The position numbers and the translations under genes were made by a program. Shown here piece after piece: positions 6,717 through 14,854 of a stretch of DNA of 14,854 bases. Source of the DNA: a virus; UHGV virus genome UHGV-0122456; one strand, written 5' to 3'. Position 1 is the first letter of the stretch, and every line of letters starts with the position of its first letter. The notes under the pieces are model-generated. The model was not told the origin of the DNA. It did not search any database and saw only the letters and a list, made by a program, of their open reading frames with translations.

Positions 6717-7198
6717 GACAGCAGCCCTCCCACCGTTTTACTGATATCACTTAAGGCAGATGTTGCCGTGTCCTGCAGATTATTCAGTTGCGTACTGAGA
6801 TCACCGAACATATCGGACAGGGATTCATCCACCCGTTTGAGCGACAGGGTGAACTCAATCCGGCGCGGCATACCGTCGCGGAAAAACTCCGTTTTAGTCT
6901 GATTCAGTCCCTCAATCACATACATGCCGTAAATCGTGCCGCTGCCTTCAATCAGGGGCCATGCTTTTCCCTGTTCTGCCATCTGCTCCAGAGCCAGCAA
7001 CGACAGCCTGCCGCCCGTTACCTCCGGCATAAGAACACCAGAAAGCGTCAGCATGTCGTTGTCCGGTCCCAGAAACTGCGTTGACGGGCGTCGGTTTACC
7101 CGGCTGTTTGCCGCATGTCGCCAGCTGCGTTGATACTGCAGCTCCTGATACGGCACGGTGCGCAGCATAAACACGTACAATCCCAGCACCATCATCAT
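6713..7198 (-). CDS. U: Tail protein U
   Basis: 161 aa, matching the P2 gpU size and position. ATGA-type overlaps with T upstream and D downstream. Confidence 0.85.
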   Translation of the reverse strand: MMMVLGLYVFMLRTVPYQELQYQRSWRHAANSRVNRRPSTQFLGPDNDMLTLSGVLMPEVTGGRLSLLALEQMAEQGKAWPLIEGSGTIYGMYVIEGLNQTKTEFFRDGMPRRIEFTLSLKRVDESLSDMFGDLSTQLNNLQDTATSALSDISKTVGGLLS

Positions 7199-10100
7199 GC
7201 GTCGTATCCCCCCTGATCGCTGTAGTTACTCCTGGCTTTTGCCTTCAGCCTGCGTTCACGTTCATCAAGCTGGCGGGCCACCTCCCGCGCAATATCCTGC
7301 GCACTTTGTCCTGGCTGCGTCTGGATGATGATCTGCGTCGGTGCCTCAATCCTGTAAACAGGCGGCACAGTGGCTGCGCGACTCACAATTGCTTCTCCAC
7401 CTTTCGCGGGAAGTGCCAAAGGGTGCAACGGTGGAAGCTCTGCTGGCGCGGCAGCAACGCCCATCATTCCGGCAACAACGGTAGCCAGTGCAGCTGTATT
7501 TCTCCGGCTGGTCACGTTTGCCGGACCGTTAACAATTTCAGGCCCGTTTTCACCGACAATGCCGAACTGCCCGCGCGGGATATAGCCGCCGCTGTCATAC
7601 ATCCCCGCAAATCCATATCCCCATGACGGAAAACCACCCGATGGCATCATCACTTTACCGTCTGCATTCACCGTCGCAGGTTGCTGACGCGTCACACTTT
7701 CCGGCAGTTTCGCCTTTGCAGCCTCTTTACTGACAATGCCGAGCTTCTCCAGCAACCAGGAAACGCCGGATTTCAGGGAGTCCAGCGGATGCATGACCAT
7801 ATTCAGCCCTTCCGCCAGCGCCTCCCCGAATCGTCGCCCCATTGCCGCTGCGCTCTGCAGTTCGGCAGAGGTCGACTTAACGGGCGTCAGCAGATCAGTA
7901 AACCAGCCCCACAACGCCTGCACTTTGTCGCCAATCCACTGAAACACAGGCTTAAGTGGTTCGAATGCTGCACTGACGGGACCTGCCGCCGCTTTGAATC
8001 CTTCCACCACGCCACCGAGAAATGCGGTGATGGGTTGCCAGTATTTCCAGACAACCAGCGCCACACCCGCCAGTGCAGTAACCACAAGACCTATCGGACT
8101 AAGCAGAGCACCTAACAGACCAGATATGGCATACAGGGCAACGCGCAGCATCGCCAGCGGACCAGATGCAAGCACTCGCAGCACCGCGCCTGCGGCTGCC
8201 AGTCCACCGCGCAGTACCGCCAGAGGATTCATAAACATCACAGCAACAGCACGTAAACCGGATAATCCAGACCGCAAAAGTGCAACTGGCGCACCTGCTA
8301 CAGTTTTCAGGACATTTCCCGACAGTGATGCCGTGCGGCGCAAAGACGACAACGGCGCAGTAAGTAAACCTGCGGCGTTGCCCGATGAAGCAAGCCCGCG
8401 TCGCAGCAGTGCCAGTGGAGCGCCAGCTAACCAAGACAACGCTCTGCTGGTTCGTGTTACTGCTGCCGTAACGGAAGGTAACGTTTTGATACCCAGCACA
8501 GAGAATCCCAGACGGATGACTGCCAGCGGCCCCAGCACTGCAGCCAGCGCCACCGCTAAGGTGCCGAGGCCTACGGTAACCGCAGCCACAACAGCCGCTA
8601 CTTTCATCAGTGTGCCTGTCAGTTCCGGGTTAGCTTCCACCCAGCGGCGCAACGCCCCCGTGATGCTTTTCACCGTGTACAGAATATCCATCAGCGGCTG
8701 GCGCAGCGTTTCGCCCAGGCTGCTGAAGGTGTTCTGCGCTCCGGTTTTGACCAGCAACCACTGAGCAGAAAGTGAGTCTTTGTTGATGTCGGATTCTTTC
8801 TGCATGGAACCGAGCGCATCATTGCCCGCTGTCAGTTTTAGCTGGCGCTGCAGTTCCGGAAGGTTGTTTGCCAGTTTCGCCGCGTCATCACCAAACTCTT
8901 TACCAAACAACATGGTCATGGCAGACAGACGCTTGTCCTGCGGCAGTGCGTTCACCTTCTCCAGCACACGCTGGATAGTTCCCATCGCATCCTTCGTCAT
9001 CTGCTTTTCAATCACTTCAGGATTGAGTTTCAGCAGATTCATCCCTTCAAAGAAACTCTTGCTTTGCATGGTGGCAATGGACAATTCACGCACCATCGCG
9101 TTTGCTGCACTGGCTGCAACCTCCGGCGCAGCGCCCAGTGTCAGAAAGGTGGAACCCAGTGCCGCCGCTTTACGATAATCCAGACGGTCAGCCACACCGC
9201 CCAGACGTTGCATCACATCAATGATGTCCGCCCCTTTCGACATGGCGTTATCATCCAGATAGTTCAGCGCATCGCCGAGCTGTTCAATATTGCGGGTAGG
9301 TATTTTGTAGAGCTGGGCGATTTTCCCCAGACTTTCTGACAGTTCATCCGCTGGCAGCTCAAAGGCTGTTGCCGCCTTTGCTGCCGTACTGGCGAAGGCC
9401 AGCAGGTCACGTTTCTGGTCTTCCCAGCTGTCGTCAGGGTTTGCGACGTTCATGCGCGCACCACCTTCAACCAGTGCAGCGAAGTCCACCGCACCGTTTT
9501 CCATCGGCAACTGTTCGCTGGCAGCCTTGATGGCATCCTGCATTTCATAAAAACGTGCAGTGCGGTTGCCATTATCGTCACGCAGACCATTGACCTGCTT
9601 TGCCACGCCTTTCATGGCATCTTCCATGCTGGTATAGCTTTTTACTGCCGCCATCACTGGCGCACCCATTGCCAGCCCTGCAGCCGTGGTAGTGGCTCCG
9701 GCTCCTGCGATGCGATCGCGCACTTCAAGCCGTCTTGAGTATTGATCCCTGACAGCGTTCATCCGTGCCTGTTGTTCACCCAGACGTTTAAGTGCTTTTT
9801 GCTGGCCCTCCAGTGCCTGCCTTGTTTCTTCAGCATTTTTCTTAAGTTCTCGCTGGGCACTACTGAGTTGTCTGGTATCAATCCCTGATTCTTTAAGTGC
9901 CTGACGTTGTCTCTGGACCGCCCCCAACAAGCCGTTATAGGTCTGCTGAAGTTCCTGTACTCGTGTTTTGGCCTGACTGAATAACTTTGCCTGCGCGGCG
10001 GTTGGCCTGTTAGTGGCAGCAAATTGTGTGGCGAGTTTTGCCGCCTCTTCGCGGGCTGCGTTCAGGTTGTTGGCTGTTATGGCTAGTTGCGAGCGCGTCT

Positions 10101-10272
10101 TGCGAAATTCATCAATTCTGCCAGCCTGCTTATTCAGTTCTTTGAGACTGTTTCGGGTATTCTGAATTGCGCCAGCCAGCTCTTTCGAACTGGCCTGTGC
10201 AGCACGGAATGGGCGGGTAAGTTTGTCAACCGCATTAAGAATGACCTGCAGCCGCAGGTTGTTATCACTCAT
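7195..10272 (-). CDS. T: Tail tape measure protein
   Basis: 1025 aa. Coiled-coil-like N-terminal half, central Ala/Leu/Gly-rich repeated hydrophobic block, position between E/E' and U. Confidence 0.9.
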   Translation of the reverse strand: MSDNNLRLQVILNAVDKLTRPFRAAQASSKELAGAIQNTRNSLKELNKQAGRIDEFRKTRSQLAITANNLNAAREEAAKLATQFAATNRPTAAQAKLFSQAKTRVQELQQTYNGLLGAVQRQRQALKESGIDTRQLSSAQRELKKNAEETRQALEGQQKALKRLGEQQARMNAVRDQYSRRLEVRDRIAGAGATTTAAGLAMGAPVMAAVKSYTSMEDAMKGVAKQVNGLRDDNGNRTARFYEMQDAIKAASEQLPMENGAVDFAALVEGGARMNVANPDDSWEDQKRDLLAFASTAAKAATAFELPADELSESLGKIAQLYKIPTRNIEQLGDALNYLDDNAMSKGADIIDVMQRLGGVADRLDYRKAAALGSTFLTLGAAPEVAASAANAMVRELSIATMQSKSFFEGMNLLKLNPEVIEKQMTKDAMGTIQRVLEKVNALPQDKRLSAMTMLFGKEFGDDAAKLANNLPELQRQLKLTAGNDALGSMQKESDINKDSLSAQWLLVKTGAQNTFSSLGETLRQPLMDILYTVKSITGALRRWVEANPELTGTLMKVAAVVAAVTVGLGTLAVALAAVLGPLAVIRLGFSVLGIKTLPSVTAAVTRTSRALSWLAGAPLALLRRGLASSGNAAGLLTAPLSSLRRTASLSGNVLKTVAGAPVALLRSGLSGLRAVAVMFMNPLAVLRGGLAAAGAVLRVLASGPLAMLRVALYAISGLLGALLSPIGLVVTALAGVALVVWKYWQPITAFLGGVVEGFKAAAGPVSAAFEPLKPVFQWIGDKVQALWGWFTDLLTPVKSTSAELQSAAAMGRRFGEALAEGLNMVMHPLDSLKSGVSWLLEKLGIVSKEAAKAKLPESVTRQQPATVNADGKVMMPSGGFPSWGYGFAGMYDSGGYIPRGQFGIVGENGPEIVNGPANVTSRRNTAALATVVAGMMGVAAAPAELPPLHPLALPAKGGEAIVSRAATVPPVYRIEAPTQIIIQTQPGQSAQDIAREVARQLDERERRLKAKARSNYSDQGGYDA

Positions 10273-10701
10273 CGTTGGCCCCGCTTCTCTGAATCGCTTT
10301 ATACCGCCATTCCAGCACTTCGGTCAGCGGCATAACGTCAGTAACGGATGGCGGCCAGTGAAAGATGGTGGCGATATCTGCCACCAGATCGTCAACCGTC
10401 AGGCTGTCGGTAAACCGGCAAGCACCGACTTCTTCAACAAAAAAGTGACAACCTCAACCGACATGGCAGTGAGATCTGCCGGGTCCATCTCTGCAATTTC
10501 CTGTGCAGTCAGTGCCGGACTGGAAATGCGGGGGATCACGGTCATCATCGCGTTCACATCCATATCCATAATGGCCTGCAGGCGTGTACCGCGCAGCGCA
10601 CCGGACTGCGGTTTACGCAGCACAATTTCGGTGATTTCCGTTTTACCGCGCTTGATGGGGGTATCCAGTTGAATGGTCTTTTCAGTCTGCTTATCGCTCA
10701 T
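10265..10701 (-). CDS. E+E' tail assembly chaperone made by programmed -1 frameshift (about 145 aa)
   Basis: - strand T TTT TTG (complement of 10438..10444) lies in the E 0-frame as ..ACT TTT TTG... The -1 frame is open for 57 codons (VEEVGACRFTDSL...RSGANDE) to TGA at 10267..10265, overlapping the T start. Confidence 0.7.
10399..10701 (-). CDS. E: Tail assembly chaperone E (0-frame product)
   Basis: 100 aa, immediately upstream of T. Contains the slippery heptamer near its 3' end. Confidence 0.85.
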   Translation of the reverse strand: MSDKQTEKTIQLDTPIKRGKTEITEIVLRKPQSGALRGTRLQAIMDMDVNAMMTVIPRISSPALTAQEIAEMDPADLTAMSVEVVTFLLKKSVLAGLPTA

Positions 10702-10755
10702 TTTGCTGTCCTTTAAATTGGGTTCTGGCGCGGTATCCCGCGCCGTTCAGATAGA

Positions 10756-11271
10756 TCAGAGGCCGAGTGCGTTGCGGTGTGCTTCCATCAGGTCCACACC
10801 ATCCACAATTTCCACCATGTTGATAAGGTCCACTTCATAGAGCACCTCACCATTGATGGTCAGCTTCGCGTAGCTGTTGGTACTGGTCACTTTGGTGGTG
10901 TTGCTTTCGCCCGTCTTCCACTCGCCGGAATCCACTTCTTTGTGACGTCCACGCACCACAAGCTCCACAGCCTGCACTTCCCCGGTATCGTCACGCTGGA
11001 TAGAGCCGGTAAAGCGCAGCTGGATGCCATCCACAGTGGCTTTGCCCATCTGCTTAAACAGCAGCAGTTCAGTACCACCAATGGAAAATTCTGTGTCCAG
11101 CGCACTGTCATCAAGCCCCAGATCCACATCTACTGCACCCGGCATTCCGCCGCCGCGATACTTCTCATATTTGCGGGTGAATTTCGGCAGCGTCAGCGAC
11201 TCTACGATCCCCTGCCAGTTGTTCCCGTCGTTAAACAGGTTCAGATGTTTTAATTTGCGTGGTAAAGCCAT
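10756..11271 (-). CDS. FII: Major tail tube protein FII
   Basis: 171 aa, matching P2 FII in size and in position between FI and E. Confidence 0.9.
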   Translation of the reverse strand: MALPRKLKHLNLFNDGNNWQGIVESLTLPKFTRKYEKYRGGGMPGAVDVDLGLDDSALDTEFSIGGTELLLFKQMGKATVDGIQLRFTGSIQRDDTGEVQAVELVVRGRHKEVDSGEWKTGESNTTKVTSTNSYAKLTINGEVLYEVDLINMVEIVDGVDLMEAHRNALGL

Positions 11272-11280
11272 GTTGTCCCC

Positions 11281-12453
11281 TTACGCGCTGACCTGGCTGG
11301 CAAAATTCACCAGGTACTGATCGGTGATGCGCTGGCGCAGCATCAGATTTTCAAGTGGCGGCACTGGCGTGTAGTCATAGTCGATGGTGAGTTTTCCGGC
11401 TTTCAGCGTGTCTTTATCGTTCACCGACTCATCCAGCCAGCAATCACCACCAATGAGATAGCCCTGACTGACCAGGCTGCGCATTTTGGCGCGGATACCT
11501 TCGATAATGTCGCGGGCCAGCGACGGGTTAAGAGGTTTATCCACCGCCCACATGTGTGCTTCTGCAATCGTGTCCATCAGCACCTGCGCCGTGCGGGTGT
11601 AGTTTTCGAAGGCAAAGAGCGGGTCATCACTCAAGCAGCGGGAACCCCAGAAGCGGAAACCGTCTTTACGCACAAGCGTGGTGACGTCGTTCTGGTTCAG
11701 CAGACCTGCATCAGTTGCCGGGTCCTGCAGATCCCAGAACACATCAGCAGAAATTCCGGTGACACCGTTCACGCCCACGTTGGACAGGCTTTTGTGCCAT
11801 CCAGTCTGCTCATCAATTTTGGCGCGCAGACCAAGCGCACGGGCGGTGGCATATGCCGTTGCTTCGGCATTCAGTACCGTGTCCCAGCCAGTAAAGTCAG
11901 GCCAGATCAGCATCCCTTCGCGCTGGCTGAAGTTTTCACGGTAAGTGATCGCCTCCTGTATCGTCTTGCAGCCATACGCTGACAGGTAAGCAAACCCACG
12001 CAGGCTTTGCGCCACGCTCAGCAACTCAGTAGCTACCGCCTTGGTGTCGTGACCAGGTACACCCAGAATGCGTGGTTTAACGCCGAGCTGTGAATGAGCA
12101 GATAACAGGGCTTTCATGCCAGTTTTTTTACCTTCAGCGGTCACTGCGCCGATGATATTGGTCGTGGTTTCTTCTTCCGTTTCACCCTGCGGCACACGCA
12201 CAACAACGGTCACGGGTTTTGCCTGGTCAGCGATGGCATCCAGCGAACGGGCCAGAGTACCGGACTCACCCGCTTTACCGCTGGCAGTCAGCACATCAGT
12301 GATCAGCACGGGTTTATTAAGAGGAAACATTTTTGCATCGGCATCATCGCCCGTGCAGACCATACCCACGATGGCGGTGCTCACCGTGGTAATGGATCGG
12401 GTGCCTTCGTTGACTTCAACAACGCGCACCCCGTGGTGGTAATCCTGAGCCAT
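11281..12453 (-). CDS. FI: Contractile tail sheath protein FI
   Basis: 390 aa, matching P2 FI in size and position as first gene of the FI-FII-E-T-U-D operon. Confidence 0.9.
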   Translation of the reverse strand: MAQDYHHGVRVVEVNEGTRSITTVSTAIVGMVCTGDDADAKMFPLNKPVLITDVLTASGKAGESGTLARSLDAIADQAKPVTVVVRVPQGETEEETTTNIIGAVTAEGKKTGMKALLSAHSQLGVKPRILGVPGHDTKAVATELLSVAQSLRGFAYLSAYGCKTIQEAITYRENFSQREGMLIWPDFTGWDTVLNAEATAYATARALGLRAKIDEQTGWHKSLSNVGVNGVTGISADVFWDLQDPATDAGLLNQNDVTTLVRKDGFRFWGSRCLSDDPLFAFENYTRTAQVLMDTIAEAHMWAVDKPLNPSLARDIIEGIRAKMRSLVSQGYLIGGDCWLDESVNDKDTLKAGKLTIDYDYTPVPPLENLMLRQRITDQYLVNFASQVSA

Positions 12454-12529
12454 AGTGGCGAACCTCCTGATTGGATTAGGCTTCGCCCTATGTTGAAGTG
12501 ATTGTGCCTGACAAACAGCTAAGCGCAGT

Positions 12530-12547
12530 TGTGTCGTTATTCACACA
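12530..12547 (-). promoter_or_regulatory. Candidate Ogr-dependent late promoter element (TGT-N12-ACA dyad) upstream of FI
   Basis: TGTGTCGTTATTCACACA = TGT-N12-ACA, centred about 85 bp upstream of the FI ATG. P2 late promoters carry this dyad near -55. Confidence 0.35.
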
Positions 12548-12595
12548 AAATAACGGTATTTGTCTGCTTGCAGGGATAATCAACTTAATGCTGAT

Positions 12596-13168
12596 TCAGG
12601 GGGATTCATTGATCTTATTTGCCGGAAATTTTCTATAAATGGTAGAAACGCCTACATCAAAAATCAGTGCAATACGCTGTCTTGATTCTCCGGCCTCGAG
12701 TAAACGCCCAATCTGTGCCCACTGTTCGGTGGTCAACTTAGGACGGCGTCCACCTACTCTGCCTTTGGCACGAGCTGCAGCCAGCCCTGCCCTAGTACGT
12801 TCAACTATCAGTTCGCGCTCCATTTCAGCCAGGGCACCCATGACATGAAAAAAGAAACGGCCCATTGGGGTACTGGTATCAATACTGTCAGTCAGGCTTC
12901 TGAAATTCACACCACGCTGGCGTAACTCTTCTATCAGCGTAACAAGATGCCGCATACTGCGCCCCACCCTGTCCAGCTTCCAGACAACCAGCGTGCCTCC
13001 TGCCGATAGTGTCCTGAGCAGTTTTTTCAGCCCCGGTCTGTCGGACTTAGTGCCGCTGATTTTATCCTCAAAAATCCGCTCACATCCCGCGCAGTTCAGC
13101 GCACTACGTTGCAAATCGGTGTTCTGGTCATTTGTTGACACGCGTACATAGCCAATAAGCATGATCAT
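12596..13168 (-). CDS. Serine DNA invertase (Hin/Gin/Cin/Pin family)
   Basis: 190 aa. N-terminal catalytic region LIGYVRVSTNDQNTDLQR, then LVVWKLDRVGRSMRHL, C-terminal HTH; closely resembles my recollection of E. coli Pin. True start may be the Met at 13162. Confidence 0.9.
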   Translation of the reverse strand: MIMLIGYVRVSTNDQNTDLQRSALNCAGCERIFEDKISGTKSDRPGLKKLLRTLSAGGTLVVWKLDRVGRSMRHLVTLIEELRQRGVNFRSLTDSIDTSTPMGRFFFHVMGALAEMERELIVERTRAGLAAARAKGRVGGRRPKLTTEQWAQIGRLLEAGESRQRIALIFDVGVSTIYRKFPANKINESP

Positions 13169-13189
13169 CTCCTTGAATAAAAATCGGGG

Positions 13190-13684
13190 ATGATGCCAGT
13201 TAGTCGTAATCGCTGCATTTTCTTAAACGTTGGTTTGGGAGAAGCGGCAAAACGGAATGTGGGCAACGGGGAAAACCAAATCCCTGATATGTCTTTCTGG
13301 ACGGTTACTGGTGGCAATGGAAATTTTGTGATTCGTCAACCTGACGGGCTAATCATTCAGATGGTTACTGTAAGTATAAGCGGTCCAGTGGCGATGAATG
13401 GAATGACTGATAATGCTTATGCCATTACAGGTTCTAATAAGTCTTATATTGCCACAGCCACATTGCCCTTTGTATTTCCTAATAAGGTACTGGGCGTTAT
13501 CCCTCTGGTATCAACAACAGCTTATGGTGGTGTATCCAGTAATATTACAGGTTCATACGCGACGGCGGTTTGTTCTTTTGCCGCTGTCAGGGGGAATAAT
13601 ACGATTGTGTTCAAAGTCGACAAACCACTGAATGCAGCCTTTCCTTCAGATACCAGCGTCTCAGCGTTAATCATTGGACGGTAA
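13190..13684 (+). CDS. Alternative tail-fibre C-terminal cassette (Sv'-like), expressed only after inversion
   Basis: Open frame with no convincing independent start that crosses the crossover site in frame. Gly/Thr/Ser/Asn-rich like fibre tips. Followed 3 bp later by a tail fibre assembly gene. Confidence 0.55.
   Translation: MMPVSRNRCIFLNVGLGEAAKRNVGNGENQIPDMSFWTVTGGNGNFVIRQPDGLIIQMVTVSISGPVAMNGMTDNAYAITGSNKSYIATATLPFVFPNKVLGVIPLVSTTAYGGVSSNITGSYATAVCSFAAVRGNNTIVFKVDKPLNAAFPSDTSVSALIIGR
13218..13243. other. Candidate invertase crossover site (gix/hix-like), left boundary of the invertible segment
   Basis: TTTTCTTAAACG-TT-GGTTTGGGAGAA: two imperfect inverted 12-bp half-sites around a TT core, resembling hixL TTCTTGAAAACC-AA-GGTTTTTGATAA. 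About 50 bp upstream of the invertase start and inside the fibre cassette frame. Confidence 0.5.
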
Positions 13685-13686
13685 GA

Positions 13687-14130
13687 ATGAACTCAGTATT
13701 CTTTTCACCCGCAAGTAAAAGTTTTTATCTGCAAGAATTGTTTCCAGAATATGAGGATGCGGGAACGCTTCCTGATGATGTTATTGAAATTACCAGAGAA
13801 ACATATGAGCAATTTCTTGGGCTGCATCCAGAAGGGAAAGAAATTGGCGCTGACAGTTCAGGATGGCCAATATGGATTAATTCCCCGCCGCCTTCAAAAG
13901 AGGATGAGATGCTGGCGGCTGAAATGAAAAAGATATCTTTGGTTTCAGAAGTCAATACCTACATCAATACCCATCAGTGGCCTGGCAAAGCTGCTATTGG
14001 TCGTCTGAAAGGTTACGAGCTGGAACAATATAATTTATGGCTGGATTATCTGGACGCACTGGAACTGGTTGATACCTCCAGTGCTCCAGATATTGAATGG
14101 CCTACGCCTCCGGTAGTTCAGGCCAGATGA
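13687..14130 (+). CDS. Tail fibre assembly protein (alternative, U'-like)
   Basis: 147 aa. C-terminal LWLDYLDALELVDTSSAPDIEWPTPP parallels the C-terminus of the convergent gene (LDYIDAVTATDTSTAPDVIWPELP), the conserved tail fibre assembly motif. Confidence 0.85.
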   Translation: MNSVFFSPASKSFYLQELFPEYEDAGTLPDDVIEITRETYEQFLGLHPEGKEIGADSSGWPIWINSPPPSKEDEMLAAEMKKISLVSEVNTYINTHQWPGKAAIGRLKGYELEQYNLWLDYLDALELVDTSSAPDIEWPTPPVVQAR

Positions 14131-14707
14131 CATCCGGCGCGGTACTGGTATCTGTTGCAGTCACCGCGTCAATGTAATCCAGCACAGCGTTAAGCCGGGT
14201 TGTTTCTGCCTGCGTCAGCTTCCGCCCGGCCTGCAATTTCAGCTGAATCAGACTAATGGAAGCCATAGCAGCATCAATCAGTGACTGGCGCCGTACTTCT
14301 GCCGCGTCTACTGCGGCGTTATGCTGTGCCTCAGTATCGGTCACCCATTTCTCACCATCCCATTTATCGTATGACGTTAACGGGGCGATAGTGGTTGTAT
14401 TTTCAGGGTAATCACCCGGAGCGGTGATTTCTTTTGATTCTCCTGTTTTGGTGCTATAGACCGTTTCACCGCGATGGTCTGGCACATATTCCCATGAGTT
14501 AAAATCTGCAGAACGGCAAATTGCATAACCAGCTTTATATGAGCCAGGAGCATCTAAACAGGAACATGCCGGGATACCGACACCCACAGCAAGATATTCA
14601 GTTGATGTGGAAATATATTCCCGTGTTTCACCATCATAATTATAAACGGTAATGTCTCCGGCCTTTGTGGCGATGAGTTCATTATTTAATACAGCTTTAC
14701 TTATCAT
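14102..14707 (-). CDS. Tail fibre assembly protein (U/G-like)
   Basis: 201 aa with the conserved C-terminal motif. Its ATG overlaps the stop of the upstream fibre gene as ATGA. Confidence 0.85.
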   Translation of the reverse strand: MISKAVLNNELIATKAGDITVYNYDGETREYISTSTEYLAVGVGIPACSCLDAPGSYKAGYAICRSADFNSWEYVPDHRGETVYSTKTGESKEITAPGDYPENTTTIAPLTSYDKWDGEKWVTDTEAQHNAAVDAAEVRRQSLIDAAMASISLIQLKLQAGRKLTQAETTRLNAVLDYIDAVTATDTSTAPDVIWPELPEA

Positions 14708-14854
14708 GCAGCCCTCACAATATAATTAAAGGCGATGTTACGGGAGCGGGTTTCAGATGCTGTGCGAACTGAGCGAGATGCGTCGAATGTCCAGTTATAA
14801 GCGCCATAACCCTCAATAATTTCGGCTTCCTTTAGACCTGTAGATAATACTTGC
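14704..14854 (-). CDS. Tail fibre protein, C-terminal end of the variable part (3' partial; gene begins beyond the window end)
   Basis: - strand frame open from the window edge: ...QVLSTGLKEAEIIEGYGAYNWTFDASRSVRTASETRSRNIAFNYIVRAA, stop TGA at 14706..14704 overlapping the assembly gene ATG. Confidence 0.6.
   Translation of the reverse strand, partial: QVLSTGLKEAEIIEGYGAYNWTFDASRSVRTASETRSRNIAFNYIVRAA

Larger units (their letters stand above)
1..14854. mobile_element. Segment of a P2/186-family temperate phage genome (Fels-2/SopE-phi-like), attP-type arrangement
   Basis: Gene content and order match P2/186: cII-apl-cI-int, then attP, then ogr-D-U-T-E-FII-FI on the opposite strand, then invertase and tail-fibre cassettes. 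The attachment core matches the 3' end of ssrA. Confidence 0.85.
13231..14854. other. Invertible tail-fibre host-range segment (partial; right boundary beyond the window)
   Basis: Two convergent tail fibre assembly genes and two opposed fibre C-terminal cassettes next to an invertase, the same organisation as the Mu G or P1 C segment. Confidence 0.6.

Noticed and set aside
5341-7133. + strand ORFs antisense to ogr, D and U (5341..5772, 5823..6116, 6097..6744, 6303..6902, 6788..7084, 6936..7133)
   Set aside because: They are fully embedded opposite confidently assigned late genes. Composition (Cys/Arg/Ser-rich) is consistent with non-coding shadow frames.
7306-9339. Numerous + strand ORFs inside the tape measure gene (for example 7994..8764, 256 aa)
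   Set aside because: They are antisense to a long, well-supported - strand gene in GC-rich DNA. Products are Ala/Arg/Ser/Pro-rich, typical of shadow frames, with no RBS.
10777-12442. + strand ORFs antisense to FII and FI (10777..11253, 11024..11320, 11554..11982, 11678..11944, 12116..12442)
   Set aside because: Shadow frames opposite the tail tube and sheath genes.
12639-13955. ORFs 12639..12848 (+), 13413..13631 (+) and 13725..13955 (-)
   Set aside because: They are antisense to or nested in the invertase, fibre cassette and tail fibre assembly genes, with low-complexity products.
1-14854. CRISPR arrays, rRNA, insertion sequences or transposase genes
   Set aside because: No regularly spaced direct repeats, no rRNA-like sequence and no transposase-like ORF were seen. 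The only recombinases are the phage integrase and the invertase.

Overview
This window is one contiguous piece of a P2/186-family temperate myovirus (Fels-2/SopE-phi-like) from an enterobacterium; all assignments rest on reading the supplied ORF translations and the DNA by eye, with no searches run. Left third (1-3555): lysis/lysogeny switch, with CII-like and Apl/Cox-like genes on the - strand and a 186-CI-like repressor plus a P2-type tyrosine integrase on the + strand. Centre (3552-5330): a phage attachment region whose ~45-bp core is the 3' end of the tmRNA gene ssrA, flanked by two cargo genes. One is a visibly AT-rich 327-aa membrane protein translationally coupled to int; the other is a 160-aa protein with a C-terminal BRCT-like domain. 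Right two-thirds (5329-14854): late genes on the - strand in P2 order (ogr, D, U, T, E with an E+E' -1 frameshift, FII, FI), then a Hin/Gin/Pin-family invertase and the start of an invertible tail-fibre segment. Because int and ogr flank the core within 2 kb, the region is in attP (unintegrated or tandem-junction) arrangement, not a single prophage end. No rRNA, complete tRNA or CRISPR array is present. The two att-flanking cargo genes are the best candidates for an undescribed accessory or defence function.
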